A DNA stretch of 64,000 nucleotides. It comes from Terriglobia bacterium. GTDB taxonomy: Bacteria; Acidobacteriota; Terriglobia; 20CM-2-55-15. The notes beneath the pieces are model-generated. The model saw only the letters and a program-made list of their open reading frames with translations, was not told the DNA's origin and did not search any database. Position 1 is the stretch's first letter. Every line of letters begins with the position of its first letter. The position numbers and the translations under genes are program-made. The stretch spans positions 576,001 to 640,000 of the forward strand of contig CBDAOY010000006.1 in NCBI GenBank assembly GCA_965198225.1. Reading direction: 5' to 3'. This document shows, piece after piece, positions 9,537 to 20,619 of this stretch.

Positions 9537-11765
9537 TCACGGCAGCAGATCGAACTGCTGGACGTACTTGATGATGAACGCGCGGTTGACTGGGCCCAGG
9601 CCGTTCATGCTCTCCGTATCGTTGTAGACGACGAACAGTCCCGTGCCCGCCGTCCACAACCAGTGGAACCGCAGGTTGGTAGACAAGCGCTGGGTCCGGT
9701 CGTTGTACTGAATCAGGGTCTGCGCGAAGATCGACGGCGTAAAGTTGTACGTCAACCGCATTCTGCCCAGATTCGTCCGGAACGAGCCCGCCGGTAGATC
9801 GATGGAGCGGTAGTTCCAGGTCGCATCCAGCGCGAACGTGCCACCCTGCCGAACGATCGTCTGGAATATATGGCTGTTCTGATTGCCGTCGAGGAACCGG
9901 CCGACATCCCACTGATGGCGTCCGAACAGCCACTTCCTCCGGTCGGTGTTTGAGCGCAACGTGAAGCGCAAGCCCCCGTGCTCGCCCGGTGGAACGACGA
10001 TGTCCGGGAAGATTTCGAACGGCTCCTCCAGCCCTTCCCATGTCCCGTTGACTGCGGTGCTGATGTAATAGCCGTTCTCCCAGTCCCAATGATTGTCGAC
10101 GTGGAGATCTGCGCTCTGCATGCCCCCGCCGTCCAGGTAGTCGTAGCGCGTGTAGTTGATGTGGGGCAGGAACTCCCGAAATCCCCAGCTCCGGATCTTC
10201 TCCTGGCGCATCGTCTCCTGAATGCGGAAGTACCAGCGTTTGTACCCGAGCGTGTTCTGGAGAAAGCCGACCTCTGGGTTGAAATCTTCGCCGGTAATGC
10301 CGTAATCGAAGTCGAGCCGGGTCTTTCCATCGTCGTACTGCGAAGTCATGTTCCATGCATACTCGCGTCCGGTCAGCCCCGGTGTTTCCGTTTTCGCCGC
10401 AACCGCCCCGATGGACACCTGTTCGGCAATGCCGAGCCTTCCGTCGAGCCCCCACGTACGGTTCCAGTCGTCGGGTCCGGCGAATCGGCCGGTCGCGCTG
10501 CGGTTGACGAAAATCGCCCCGAGGCCGGAGCGGTTCGGCAGTTCGCGGCTCACGCGTAACGTCGTGAAGTTGTCTCCCGGGTCTGGCCCGACGTCGTCGG
10601 TCTGAATGTTCAGAAATCCGATGTTGTAGTTACCGGCTTTGCCGCTGAGACGGGCGCCGCCTTTGATCGGCACGAGGCTGCCGCTCTCATCGAGCCCGAT
10701 GCGCCGGCTGAAGAACAGGTCGACGTCACCGCTTCCGCCGAATCCCCCACCGCTGGCGCCCACCGCAAAGAGCTGCGAGTTCTCGAGGAAGAACGGTCGT
10801 CGTTCCGGGAATCGAATATTGAAGCGCGTGAGGTTGATCTGCTGGGTGTCGACCTCGACCTGGGCAAAATCGGTGTTGTAGGTCAAGTCCAGGTTCAGGC
10901 CTCCGGTAATACTGATCTTCGAATCGATTCCCCACGCGCTGTCATAATCGGTCTCGGCGTTCGGCGCGAAATTGCGGTTGGCGGATGCGACCACGTACGG
11001 CAACACCTTGATGCTCCTGGGTGACGGCAGTTCCAGCCCACGCAACTCTCCCGCGGACGACAGGCGTGACAGGTTGAATTGGCGTGGCAGGGGAGCCCAG
11101 TAGGTCCTCTCCCGCCGCCTCTGGATGTTGCGCATGAAGTTCACGCCCCAAACTTGAGGGGGCGGCCCGTAGCGAAGCGTACTCAGCGGGATGCGGAACT
11201 CCGCCGTCCACACGCCCTCGCCAAGTCGGGTCATGACGTCCCAACTTCCGTGCCAGCTCGAGCTCAGATTCCCTTGATTCCGGACCTGAGCGTCATGCTG
11301 AATTCCAGAAGCGGTCGTGCCAAACGCAAATCCGTTCTGCTGGTCCAGAAACGTGTCGAAAACGATCTGAAAGGAGTCCTGGTTCCCCAGGCCGGCATCG
11401 CGGCTCGTGTCGGTGATCACGATCAGCGACGTGTCGGAGTCATGGAGCCACACGCCGACGTAGATCGCCGTGTCGTCATAAAGAAGACGGACCTCGGTCT
11501 CCTCGCTGGCGGGCGCGCCTTCGAGCGGCTCGGCCTGGACGAAGCCAGTCAGAGGCGGGGCGTACTGCCACATTTCCTCGTCGAGTTGCCCATCGATGAC
11601 CGGCGCTTCAACCACCTGGGTGGCGTTGGCGACAGGCCGCGGAATCGCAGCAATGCCGCCGCCGTCGGGTGCGACCACCTCCTGCGGCAGGGCATTCCCC
11701 ACTATTGAGAAAGGTAGGACAATGGCCCAGACGAGCGCGGCGCGCTTGACAGATCGCGAATCCAT
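9537..11765 (-). CDS. DUF5916 / CBM9-like domain outer-membrane protein
   Basis: APVIDGQLDE (CBM9-like), WTAEFRIP, NTDFAQVEVD, FPERRPFFLE, LFFSRRIGL. Confidence 0.88.
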   Translation of the reverse strand: MDSRSVKRAALVWAIVLPFSIVGNALPQEVVAPDGGGIAAIPRPVANATQVVEAPVIDGQLDEEMWQYAPPLTGFVQAEPLEGAPASEETEVRLLYDDTAIYVGVWLHDSDTSLIVITDTSRDAGLGNQDSFQIVFDTFLDQQNGFAFGTTASGIQHDAQVRNQGNLSSSWHGSWDVMTRLGEGVWTAEFRIPLSTLRYGPPPQVWGVNFMRNIQRRRERTYWAPLPRQFNLSRLSSAGELRGLELPSPRSIKVLPYVVASANRNFAPNAETDYDSAWGIDSKISITGGLNLDLTYNTDFAQVEVDTQQINLTRFNIRFPERRPFFLENSQLFAVGASGGGFGGSGDVDLFFSRRIGLDESGSLVPIKGGARLSGKAGNYNIGFLNIQTDDVGPDPGDNFTTLRVSRELPNRSGLGAIFVNRSATGRFAGPDDWNRTWGLDGRLGIAEQVSIGAVAAKTETPGLTGREYAWNMTSQYDDGKTRLDFDYGITGEDFNPEVGFLQNTLGYKRWYFRIQETMRQEKIRSWGFREFLPHINYTRYDYLDGGGMQSADLHVDNHWDWENGYYISTAVNGTWEGLEEPFEIFPDIVVPPGEHGGLRFTLRSNTDRRKWLFGRHQWDVGRFLDGNQNSHIFQTIVRQGGTFALDATWNYRSIDLPAGSFRTNLGRMRLTYNFTPSIFAQTLIQYNDRTQRLSTNLRFHWLWTAGTGLFVVYNDTESMNGLGPVNRAFIIKYVQQFDLLP

Positions 11766-11771
11766 CGCGCT

Positions 11772-11800
11772 ACTGTAAAGAGGACCCGTTTCGGAGTCAA
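11772..11800 (-). promoter_or_regulatory. Sigma70-like promoter, probably leaderless transcript
   Basis: TTGACT-N17-TACAGT on the minus strand, ending 6 nt before the ATG at 11765; no RBS. Confidence 0.6.
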
Positions 11801-11874
11801 CTCACCCGTCGCGCGGTGAGGTGACGACCAAACCCGGGAGGTCTCGATGTCCAGAACTGACAGGGACTACTTGT

Positions 11875-12249
11875 CTACTCGGGACGGACGGTCAGCGTTT
11901 CGTCAACACTGATGCGTTTGGGTGCATTCGGATCCGGGCCGGAGTAGTTGGCGACGATCTCGAAGCCCGAATCGCTGGTCTCGGCAGAGTAGGTAAAGTT
12001 GGGGCGAGGGTCAGGGATGACGTCACCGTTCGCGCGCAGTTCATCCAGTGAGGCGTACTTCCCGTTTGTGGCAAAGTACGTGCGTTGAGCGTTGGCGATT
12101 GCGATCAGGTCCATTCGCACGCCGGTCACGTCGACGGAGGTTGTCGGTGCGGCGCCCCCCGGCGTGACGTCGCCGGCCTGCTTTGAGTAAAGATACCCGC
12201 CGATTGCCACTGCAACAATCAATGAGATGAAGCCAATGCCGCGTCCCAT
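11875..12249 (-). CDS. Small membrane-anchored hypothetical protein (pilin-like architecture)
   Basis: N-terminal hydrophobic helix GFISLIVAVAIGGYLY followed by AQRTYFATNGKYASLDEL. Confidence 0.6.
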   Translation of the reverse strand: MGRGIGFISLIVAVAIGGYLYSKQAGDVTPGGAAPTTSVDVTGVRMDLIAIANAQRTYFATNGKYASLDELRANGDVIPDPRPNFTYSAETSDSGFEIVANYSGPDPNAPKRISVDETLTVRPE

Positions 12250-12367
12250 GCCTCGGAGTGTAACTCGGGGCCAGCCCGTCAACCATCTTTTCGCCCAGAG
12301 CGGTGGGTGGGCCGGCCTGACGGTTTGGATGATGGACAGCGGGGTCTTGGGGTGCTATACGGAACAA

Positions 12368-12952
12368 ATGGGGAGTTCAGAGGCCAGAAAACTCATGCGG
12401 AGCGCCTGGGCGACGCGTCGGTCTTCGTTTGGCAGGTCGGCCGAGAAGAAATTGAAGCTGATCACGAAAGCGCGCGACGACCTGGTCAAAGCGGTCGCGT
12501 TGTGCCGTGAGGGCGCCGATCCCGTCGAGCTTGCGAAGGCCCTGCATCTGCTCGCCAACCTGGAGCACGACATGCGCAGGGATGGCCCCGCCCTGACGTT
12601 GTGGCTCGAAGCGGTTGCGATTCTGCGAGAGGCCGACAATCCGCTGCAACTGGCCCACAAGGTTCGACACATCGGCGATCTGCACCGGCACTGCGGGAGA
12701 CTCGATGACGCGGATGTCTGCTATGAAGAGGCTGTCGCCCTCTATCGGAGTCACGACAAGCCCGGGAGTCTGGACTACCCAAACGCGATTCGCCCGCTGG
12801 CAATCCTGAAGGAACAACTGGGCGACCGAAAGCAGGCGCTGGCACTCTGGCTAGAGGCGAGAGAGCTCTACGCGGGGGTCGAGGGGCTGGACCTTCAGCC
12901 TGCGCTGGATGAGTGTGACCAGCATGTAACGCGGCTGGAGGCGGCGTCCTAG
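12368..12952 (+). CDS. Tetratricopeptide-repeat protein
   Basis: TPR-like helices (LAKALHLLA, RHIGDLHR..GRLDDA..CYEEAVALYR). Confidence 0.8.
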   Translation: MGSSEARKLMRSAWATRRSSFGRSAEKKLKLITKARDDLVKAVALCREGADPVELAKALHLLANLEHDMRRDGPALTLWLEAVAILREADNPLQLAHKVRHIGDLHRHCGRLDDADVCYEEAVALYRSHDKPGSLDYPNAIRPLAILKEQLGDRKQALALWLEARELYAGVEGLDLQPALDECDQHVTRLEAAS

Positions 12953-13119
12953 TTTGGAGTCTCTTTGTCGCGGCGGCGGCCGCAGCCGCGACGACGATAC
13001 CGACACCGACTCACGCCATCAGGGGAACGAACCCCAGGGCGCAGCATGAGGGCAAGACACATAGTGCTTATCTGCGCCCTGGGTCCTCTGGATACCGGTC
13101 TTCCGAGCGCTTCCGGCTC

Positions 13120-13839
13120 TCAGCCTCTCTGCGGTGGCGCGGGAAGAGACGGCGTCGAGAAGGTCATGGCGGTAATCGCCTTGATGCTCCGGGCGCCGTA
13201 CCGGAACGGAACGATGACGCGAAGAGGCGCGCCGTGCCGGGAAGGAATCGGCTCGTCGTTCATCATCCACGCGAGCATCACCTGCGGGTGCGTCAGCGTT
13301 TCCAGTGAGTCGTCAGCGTAGCGCCCGTCGGATCCCACGATACGGCAATAGTGCACCCCGGGTAGCAGACCCAGCATGTCGACAAAGTCGGAGAAACGCA
13401 CCCCGGTCCATTTCACGATTCCGCGTGGGTTCGGTGCTCCACACTGCAGGAGAAAAGTCTTGGAAACACGCGGCAGCGGTTCAAGGTCCGAAAACCGCAG
13501 CGTTCCACCGAGTCTGGCCATGCCACGGGTATCGACCCGGATTGCCATCCGCCGGTAGTCGAACTCGACTTCTGGTGCCTGGCGGTCCGGGGTACGCCAC
13601 ATCAGCGGATCGGTAATGGGACCCGCCTCGCTTTCATCGTGCTCCGGCGCTGAACCGTCCGGGTTGAGTGGAAGCGGCGCCGGGAAGCCGTCCCGCATTG
13701 GTCGTTCCACCAGTCGGTCCGGCCAGTCTTCCTGCCGCGCAGCCTGAGCCGCCAGGGCTCCGGGCTTGACTACGCCCAAGGACAATCCTGCCAGCGTCGA
13801 GCCTGAAATAGCGATCGCCTTACGTCGTGAGATTGCCAT
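13120..13839 (-). CDS. Tat-exported molybdopterin-dependent oxidoreductase (sulfite oxidase/MsrP-like)
   Basis: SRRKAI twin-arginine signal, LLQCG (Mo-ligand Cys), WTGVRF, HGAPLRVIVPFRYGARSIK; ggagg RBS. Confidence 0.85.
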   Translation of the reverse strand: MAISRRKAIAISGSTLAGLSLGVVKPGALAAQAARQEDWPDRLVERPMRDGFPAPLPLNPDGSAPEHDESEAGPITDPLMWRTPDRQAPEVEFDYRRMAIRVDTRGMARLGGTLRFSDLEPLPRVSKTFLLQCGAPNPRGIVKWTGVRFSDFVDMLGLLPGVHYCRIVGSDGRYADDSLETLTHPQVMLAWMMNDEPIPSRHGAPLRVIVPFRYGARSIKAITAMTFSTPSLPAPPQRG

Positions 13840-13994
13840 CCCTAAACCTCCTTCCTTTGATAGAGCGGATTGTCTCACAGTTACAGCCACGCGGAAGGAA
13901 TTCCCTGGACAACGAGCAGGAACCCCGGGGAAGTCCACTGTCACTTTTCCGTATGGCTTCACGGGCATGTGACAGTGCACTCTTAGCGCTGGAC

Positions 13995-14031
13995 CGATTT
14001 GATGGACATAGATGCTCGGATCGGTCAGCAT
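13995..14031 (+). repeat. 3' half of the ~80-bp dispersed repeat
   Basis: cgatttgatggacatagatgctcggatcggtcagcat is nearly identical to 61615-61651. Confidence 0.75.
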
Positions 14032-14203
14032 AACGCGTAGACTTAGTCGTCCATGAAAGAGCCGGTTTCCATCGGATCACAGTCAACTGCGACGGCGTTG
14101 CCGGGCAGCAGAATCACGTGGTTCGAGTTGCCACGAAGTTCTGCCTAATACTAGTTTGGCCGACGGTTGATGTTAAGGACGCCGATATCAAGATTGAAGT
14201 AAC

Positions 14204-15403
14204 GTGAACGTACGTCACAGATCTCGAATCTTCCGGCATGGTTCGCTCCATGTGGAGACAGGTCCCCCCGAGAAGGCCGAGCAGAAACAGCAGTCGTCGA
14301 CAAACAATCGGCCAACCTCCTGGACGAAGCGACTGGTCGGCGTCATCGCCCTGGGGTTCCTGACCGTACTTTATGGGGGTTGCGCGGATTCTCCCTCCGA
14401 AAGGGACCGCGCCGGGACTGTGACGGACGGTGAGTCCGGCGGCGCGACGTTACTCCCCGAAATGGAAGTCCCCCCAGACAATCCGCTGACTCTCGAAAAG
14501 GTCAGGCTCGGTAAGCAGCTCTTCTTCGACAAGCGGTTGTCGGCTACAGGCGAGATGTCCTGCGAAAGTTGTCATCTGCCTGAAATGGGCTGGACCGACG
14601 GGAAGCAATTCTCCGTCACCGCCGGCGGATCCGTGAACAGCCGTCACACCCCGACCCTCTATAACGCAGGCTATTATCGGGAGTGGTATTGGGACGGTCG
14701 TGCCCCGACCCTGGAGGCACAGATTCTGGCCGCCTGGAGGTCTCAGATGGGGGCGGCACCGGAAGAAATCGCAGCGCGGATCGCCGAGATCCCAGGCTAC
14801 CGGGATCAATTCCGCCTCCACATGGGAACCCCGGTCGAAGCGGACTCGATCGTGAAAGCGCTGGCGACGTTCGTCCGGACGATTGTGTCGGACGATTCAC
14901 CCTGGGACCGTTACGAGCTTGGTGACCTAAACGCCGTATCTCCCGAAGCCGTGATGGGCTTCAAGGTCTTTAGTGAAAGCGACAAAGCGAACTGCACCCT
15001 GTGTCACCTTCCGCCCCTCTACACCGATACCCTGTATCACAACATCGGCGTCGGGTTCGACCAACGTGAAGCGGACCTCGGCCGGGGAGGGTTCCTTGCC
15101 CGCTCCCTGGCGGAACAGACAGTCGAAGCGGAGACCCTCCGCGGGGCCTTCAAGACGCCCACAGTCCGAAGCATCACCGAAACGGCGCCTTACTTTCACG
15201 ATGGCAGCGCTCGTACGCTGGAGGAAGCCGTCGACTTCGTTCTCGGAGGGGGGCACCCCAACCCGTATCTGGATGAGAAGCTGCAACCCCGAGACCTGAC
15301 AACCCAGGAAAGGGATGCTCTGATGGAGTTCCTGCGAGCCCTCACCCCACAGGAAGAGGAGTTCGAGCGGCCCATCCTGCCACAGCCGACGGGTGGATCC
15401 TGA
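14204..15403 (+). CDS. Di-heme cytochrome c peroxidase (MauG/CCP family); true start probably downstream
   Basis: Two CxxCH motifs (CESCH, CTLCH), LGKQLFFDKRLS, WDGRA, FKTPTVR, APYFHDGS. Confidence 0.92.
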   Translation: MNVRHRSRIFRHGSLHVETGPPEKAEQKQQSSTNNRPTSWTKRLVGVIALGFLTVLYGGCADSPSERDRAGTVTDGESGGATLLPEMEVPPDNPLTLEKVRLGKQLFFDKRLSATGEMSCESCHLPEMGWTDGKQFSVTAGGSVNSRHTPTLYNAGYYREWYWDGRAPTLEAQILAAWRSQMGAAPEEIAARIAEIPGYRDQFRLHMGTPVEADSIVKALATFVRTIVSDDSPWDRYELGDLNAVSPEAVMGFKVFSESDKANCTLCHLPPLYTDTLYHNIGVGFDQREADLGRGGFLARSLAEQTVEAETLRGAFKTPTVRSITETAPYFHDGSARTLEEAVDFVLGGGHPNPYLDEKLQPRDLTTQERDALMEFLRALTPQEEEFERPILPQPTGGS

Positions 15404-15555
15404 TCCGGACGTAGAGAAACCGTGGATCTGCATTGATCACCGCTCACAATCTAAGTTTAGTAACGGCAAGTCGCCTAGTTCCCTCGGCGCGAGACTCAAC
15501 TTCACGGAAGCGGACTCCCGGCTAAATCTGTCGGTGCGGGCCGGAACTCCATCAC

Positions 15556-17798
15556 TCAGAATCGCAGGAAGCGTGTGAACTTCACCGCGATGCCACGGTT
15601 GAGCAACTGCGGGAACCCGCGGCCTGCAGTGTCGCGACCGTCGGTGTAAACAACGAATAAATCGCTGCCCGGCTGGTACTCCCAGCGCCAGCGCACGTTG
15701 GTCTCGAGTGAGCGTGTTGCCGAGTTGTACTGCACCAACGCGCTAACGAACATCCTCGGCGTTATCGTAAACGTCGGCCGTGCGCCGAGCAGAGTGACCC
15801 TGAACGATCCCTGCGGCAGGTCGACCCAGTCGAGGGAGATTCTCGGCTCGACGGCGAACTGGGCGCTGAGGTTTGCCCGACCGGAGTAGCCGATCTGGGT
15901 GCGATTGCCGGTAAAGAAACCGCCTCGACCGACGTTCAGTGTCCCGCTCACGCTGCGTTGGGGACCAAGCTGGTAGCTTGCGGAAACTTCCTGGAACCGG
16001 TGCCCTCCGACGGGCACGGCCACGCCGCGGGCGACTTCGAACGGCACAGAGAGGAATTCGTAATTGCGCGAGTATTCGAAAGACAGCACGTCGCTGTTTT
16101 CGAAATCAATCCCGAAGCTGCCGGTTACCCGTTCGGTCTCGAGCACTTCGGCGCTGTTGACGAAGCGATCGAGTGTCCCCTCCCAATTCAACCGGCGGAC
16201 GCCGCGAATGGAACTCGGTCGAGGACTGAAACGGCCCAGCGCGAACGTACGACGGAAGTCCTGACGGCGCAGGAAACCGACTTCGGGGTTGAAGGCGTCC
16301 CCGACCTTGAGACGCTCCACCTCGAAGCCGTAGCGATCCGCATCGTACTGGAACTGCCCGCGATAACTTTCCGTGTCGCCGGAGAGCCCGGTCGTGTCCG
16401 AGCGAGCGTAGTAGCCGTTGATCCGCAGGTTTTCGTAGAACGCCATGTTCGCGTCCACCCCGTAGACCCGATTGGAGCCGCTCCCCGGAGTGGAGGGGCT
16501 TCGATTCGTTAGAATCATCCCGATATTGCTTCTTCGAAGCACGTCCCGCTTGACCCGAACGACGGAGAAATTGGTCGCCACGGCATCCGCTTCCGGTGCG
16601 TCCTCGGTCTGGATGTTCAGCACTCCCATCGATAGCCGCCCCACGCGGCCCATCAGGCGGCCGCCTACCTGAATCGGGACCGGCCTGCCTGCGTTCAGGC
16701 CGATGCGGCGACTGAAGAATAGAATCGGGGTTTCGCCGGGCCCCCCTCCCCGACGCGCTCCGGATCCAGCGAAGTCGAAGATGCCCTGTCCTTCCAGGAA
16801 GAAGTCGCGTTTCTCGGGAAAGAACAGGCTGAATCGCGTGAGGTTTACCTGCTGTTCGTCTATCTCCACCTGCGCGAAATCGGTGTTGTAGGTGAAATCA
16901 AAGGTGACATTGCTCGTGACGCCGCGTCCAGCCCGAACGCCGCGTCCCCATCGTTGGAGATCCCCGCCGGCCGGTCGGTTGTCAGAGTCGAAATGGCGTA
17001 CGGCTTGATCTCGACATTGCGAGAATTCTCCGGGGGATCGATGCCGACCAGCGTCGCGGCGGATGCGAGCCTGAAGATTCCCTGTCCCCCATAGGAGCGC
17101 GGCACCGGCGATAGGAGCGTCTCCTCGTTCTTCGACCGGACCACGCGCAGGACGTTGAAGCCCCATACCTGGGATCGTGTCGGTCTGTATCGCAGAGACT
17201 TGAAGGGGATCGCCATCTCCGCGGTCCAGCCGCTCTCGGATCGACGGCTCCGGACATCCCATACGGTGTTCCAGTCGTAGTTCGTCGTGGTTTCGTCGAC
17301 GATCAGCGCGTCACGGACGCCGCCGATCGGGTTGGTCTGGAAGAAATAGGCGCTCCTCCTATCGAAGAACGTGTCCAGGGCAACGATCACGTTGTCGTTG
17401 AGCCAGATGTTTCGGTTGTCGCGCCTCATCTCGTTGGCGACCATCTGATAGGGCCGGCTGTCCCAACAGCGGAAGGCGACGTACACGTGGCGGGTGTCGA
17501 AGAACACCCACACCTCCGTATCTTCAGTGGCCGGCTCGCCACTCCGCGGATTCTGCTGAACGAACCCTCCGACGGCCGGTACGGTGCCGTAAATGTTCTC
17601 GTCAAGCGCACCATCGAGCACCAGCGGCTCTTCGAGACGAACGGCGCGAATCGTGATCCGGCCATCCTCGCTGCGCGTTACCGTGGCCGGTGGTACGGGT
17701 GCCGGGGGACCATCGAAAGATACAGTTTCGCCTGTCTGGGCGGCCGCCGGCGCAGCAGTCAGCGCCAGCAACACGCACGCCAAAACAGCGATCGACAT
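15556..17798 (-). pseudogene. Second DUF5916 paralog, split by a frameshift near 16920
   Basis: N-half in ORF 16860..17870 and C-half in ORF 15556..17262; alignment to the 9537..11765 paralog implies ~7 nt missing between GLDA and GVTSNV. Confidence 0.8.
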
Positions 17799-17942
17799 TT
17801 GTGAGGATCCCACGCTATGAGTTTCGCGTGCGTCCAGTGGAAGGTAAATCACGCAGAAATAGCAAAGCACCAGGCAGGAGACGGAGTCAAGACCCCCCGA
17901 CCCCCATCGGGACTCTTGAGGGAGTTTCGGATAGTTGGGACG

Positions 17943-20606
17943 TTATGGCGCCGGCACGAGTTCCTTCAGTTCCTCGAACCAATTCTGCACAACGATCACG
18001 CGCACCGAATCATCCGGATCTTCCTCGACCATCAGGAACCGTCCGTCCGCAGCCACGTCGTATGAGGTTCCCGGGCCGGGGCCCTTCCTGAATCGGTCTT
18101 CTGGGAAGAGTGGTTGCGGGGTTGAGTACCCCAGCGGATCCGTCGTGATTTGGACGGCCATCATCGTGCTGTCACTTCGATAGTAAACCTCTCTCCCGTT
18201 GCGCGCCCACACCGGATCGGTTCCACCTTCGCTCGAAATCTTGGTCCAACTTCCCGAAGTCGATGGGTACGGCTGCACAAAGATCTCGTTCCGGCCTGCC
18301 TCGTCTGAAACATAGGCGATAGACCTGCCATTGGGAGAAAACATCGGCGACATTGCGCCTGCTGGAGTCACGAGGAATTCCTCGACCCCGCCAGCCGACA
18401 ACACCAATATGCCGCTACCGATGCCCGTGCGAGTTCCCGAGAAGGCCAGTGTCCCGTCCGGCGAATAAGAACCGGGTATGTCCGTGCTGTCGTTCGATGA
18501 CGTCAATTGTCGGTCCCCACCGCTTCCATCCACACGAATCGAATAGATATCCGGCTGCAGGCCGGCTATTCTCTCGAACGTGAGCTCGGCTCCATCGGGG
18601 TTCCAGACGGGAAGCATATTAGCGAACCTGTAACCATCAGACGTGGCCCGCCGAGGGTCGCCGGTCACAAGATCGTGAACCCAGATGTCGAACGCCCCAA
18701 AGCCACCGCCGGAGAACCACGCGATGTGGTTGCCTTCCGGAGACAACCTTGGGGCGGCGTAGGGTCCAGCCGGTAGGCCGCGGACGAGCTCAGTCCTTCC
18801 TTCGCGATCCACCCAAACCAGCCTGTGTCGAGGTTCGGCAACGTCACCGGGTACGTACATCAACAGTCCGGTGTCGGAAAAGCTGAACTGCGAGACGCCT
18901 TGTTTTCCCCGCAAGACGTTTTCTACGACCGGGACGGGCGTTCCGGTCACTTCGAGTCGGGCCGGATCGAACGGAACAGCCAGGATCCGGTTGCCCTGGG
19001 CATAGACCAGGTGTCGGGTCGGTGCGTACTGCGGCTGCGTACCGGGCAGCAGAATTCTCGTGCTGGCATCGTCGAATGAGTAGACGGCGATCTGACCGTC
19101 TTCTCCACTCTGCTGTTCCGTCCATACCGTGAAGAGCACAGCCCGACCGCCGGGGAGAAACTTTGGGAGACGGTGACTGGTTTCCCCGTCGGCCAGCGTC
19201 GTCAACTCCTTGGGCTCACCGCCGTCAGCGGACGCCGTCCACAGGGCGGATTGTAAATCCGGTGCAATGACGAGATCGCCGCCCTCCCCCCACGTTATTC
19301 CGCCGAACGGATACGGTCCCGGGATGGCGACCGGAGCCCCACCGGTAATCGGCACTTTCATCAACCCGGTGTTGGTCCCCCTATAGGCCACCCATACTCC
19401 GTCGGGTGAAAACACCAGTGAGAAGGCTGCGCCGACCTCTATCGCTTTCATGTCAGGGGCGTCGAGAGGTCGAAGCAAAAGGCCTCCTGAATCAGGGAAC
19501 GTGCTGTACACGAAGTGGGAGCCGTCGGGAGAAACGAGTACGGCCGGATTTGGGGTCCGGATTGCCAACTGCTGCCTGATTGGAAGCACAAGCTCAGTGC
19601 GAACTACGTTGGCGGGGTCGGGTTCATTCCAAGTCGCGACTGCAGTTATGATGCCCCCGACAACGAGCCCCGCAAGGAGAGCTACTGCGGGTAGTGCGAT
19701 CCAACGGCGACGCTCCGTCGGCCGGTCGCTGTCAGAGGGAGCTTCATCGGCCGGCCCCGTTACCGCTTCGCCGATCTCGATGCGGGCATCCGCCATGTGG
19801 TGCAGGCGGCGATTCCGATCTTTCTGAAGACAGCGTTCGACGAGTTTCCGGACACCGTATGGAAGCGTCTTAGGCAGGGAAGACCAGTCGGGATCGTCGC
19901 GCATGAGGTGCGCAAAGATGTCTCCGACTGTCTCTCCCGCGAAGGCACGACGTCCCGTGAGCACTTCGTAGAGCACACATCCGAACGCCCAGATATCGGT
20001 ACGTGTATCGACCGGATCGCCTCTCACCTGTTCCGGGCTCATATAGGCCGGGGTCCCGCGGATCGTTCCTTCCAGCGTCGGTTCCGGAAGCGTGGCGGTC
20101 GGCATCCGAGACAGGTCGGCTCCGGATGCTTCGACCGCGAAGGCCTTGGCCAACCCGAAGTCCAGGACCTTCACCTTGCCTTCCGGTGTCACCTTGATGT
20201 TGGCGGGTTTCAGATCCCGATGAATCACACCCTTCCCGTGGGCCGCTTCGAGCGCCTCGGCAATCTGGAGAGCGAGTTTGAGGGACTCTTCGACAGGAAT
20301 GGCGCCGCGTTTCAACCGATCCGCCAGCGTGTCGCCTTCGACAAGTTCCAGGACCAGAAAACGTGTCCCGTCGGACTCCTCGAGTCCATGGATGGTGGCG
20401 ATGTTCGGATGATTCAGCGATGCCAGCAGTTTCGCTTCGCGTTCAAACCGGGCCAGCCGTTCCTCTTCCTTCGCGAACTCCTCGGGCAGGGTCTTGATCG
20501 CAACCTCACGTCCGAGCTTGCTATCCCTCGCACGCCACACTTCCCCCATGCCGCCCTTGCCAAGCGGGGAGAGGATCTCGTAGCTGCCGAGTTGGGTGCC
20601 GATCAT
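17943..20606 (-). CDS. Hanks-type Ser/Thr protein kinase with TM helix and TolB/PD40-like beta-propeller
   Basis: LGKGGMGEVW, VAIK, HRDLKPAN, DFG, GTPAYMSPE; SPDG repeats; C-terminal QNWFEELK. Confidence 0.95.
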   Translation of the reverse strand: MIGTQLGSYEILSPLGKGGMGEVWRARDSKLGREVAIKTLPEEFAKEEERLARFEREAKLLASLNHPNIATIHGLEESDGTRFLVLELVEGDTLADRLKRGAIPVEESLKLALQIAEALEAAHGKGVIHRDLKPANIKVTPEGKVKVLDFGLAKAFAVEASGADLSRMPTATLPEPTLEGTIRGTPAYMSPEQVRGDPVDTRTDIWAFGCVLYEVLTGRRAFAGETVGDIFAHLMRDDPDWSSLPKTLPYGVRKLVERCLQKDRNRRLHHMADARIEIGEAVTGPADEAPSDSDRPTERRRWIALPAVALLAGLVVGGIITAVATWNEPDPANVVRTELVLPIRQQLAIRTPNPAVLVSPDGSHFVYSTFPDSGGLLLRPLDAPDMKAIEVGAAFSLVFSPDGVWVAYRGTNTGLMKVPITGGAPVAIPGPYPFGGITWGEGGDLVIAPDLQSALWTASADGGEPKELTTLADGETSHRLPKFLPGGRAVLFTVWTEQQSGEDGQIAVYSFDDASTRILLPGTQPQYAPTRHLVYAQGNRILAVPFDPARLEVTGTPVPVVENVLRGKQGVSQFSFSDTGLLMYVPGDVAEPRHRLVWVDREGRTELVRGLPAGPYAAPRLSPEGNHIAWFSGGGFGAFDIWVHDLVTGDPRRATSDGYRFANMLPVWNPDGAELTFERIAGLQPDIYSIRVDGSGGDRQLTSSNDSTDIPGSYSPDGTLAFSGTRTGIGSGILVLSAGGVEEFLVTPAGAMSPMFSPNGRSIAYVSDEAGRNEIFVQPYPSTSGSWTKISSEGGTDPVWARNGREVYYRSDSTMMAVQITTDPLGYSTPQPLFPEDRFRKGPGPGTSYDVAADGRFLMVEEDPDDSVRVIVVQNWFEELKELVPAP

Positions 20607-20619
20607 TGCGTGGTCCGAC

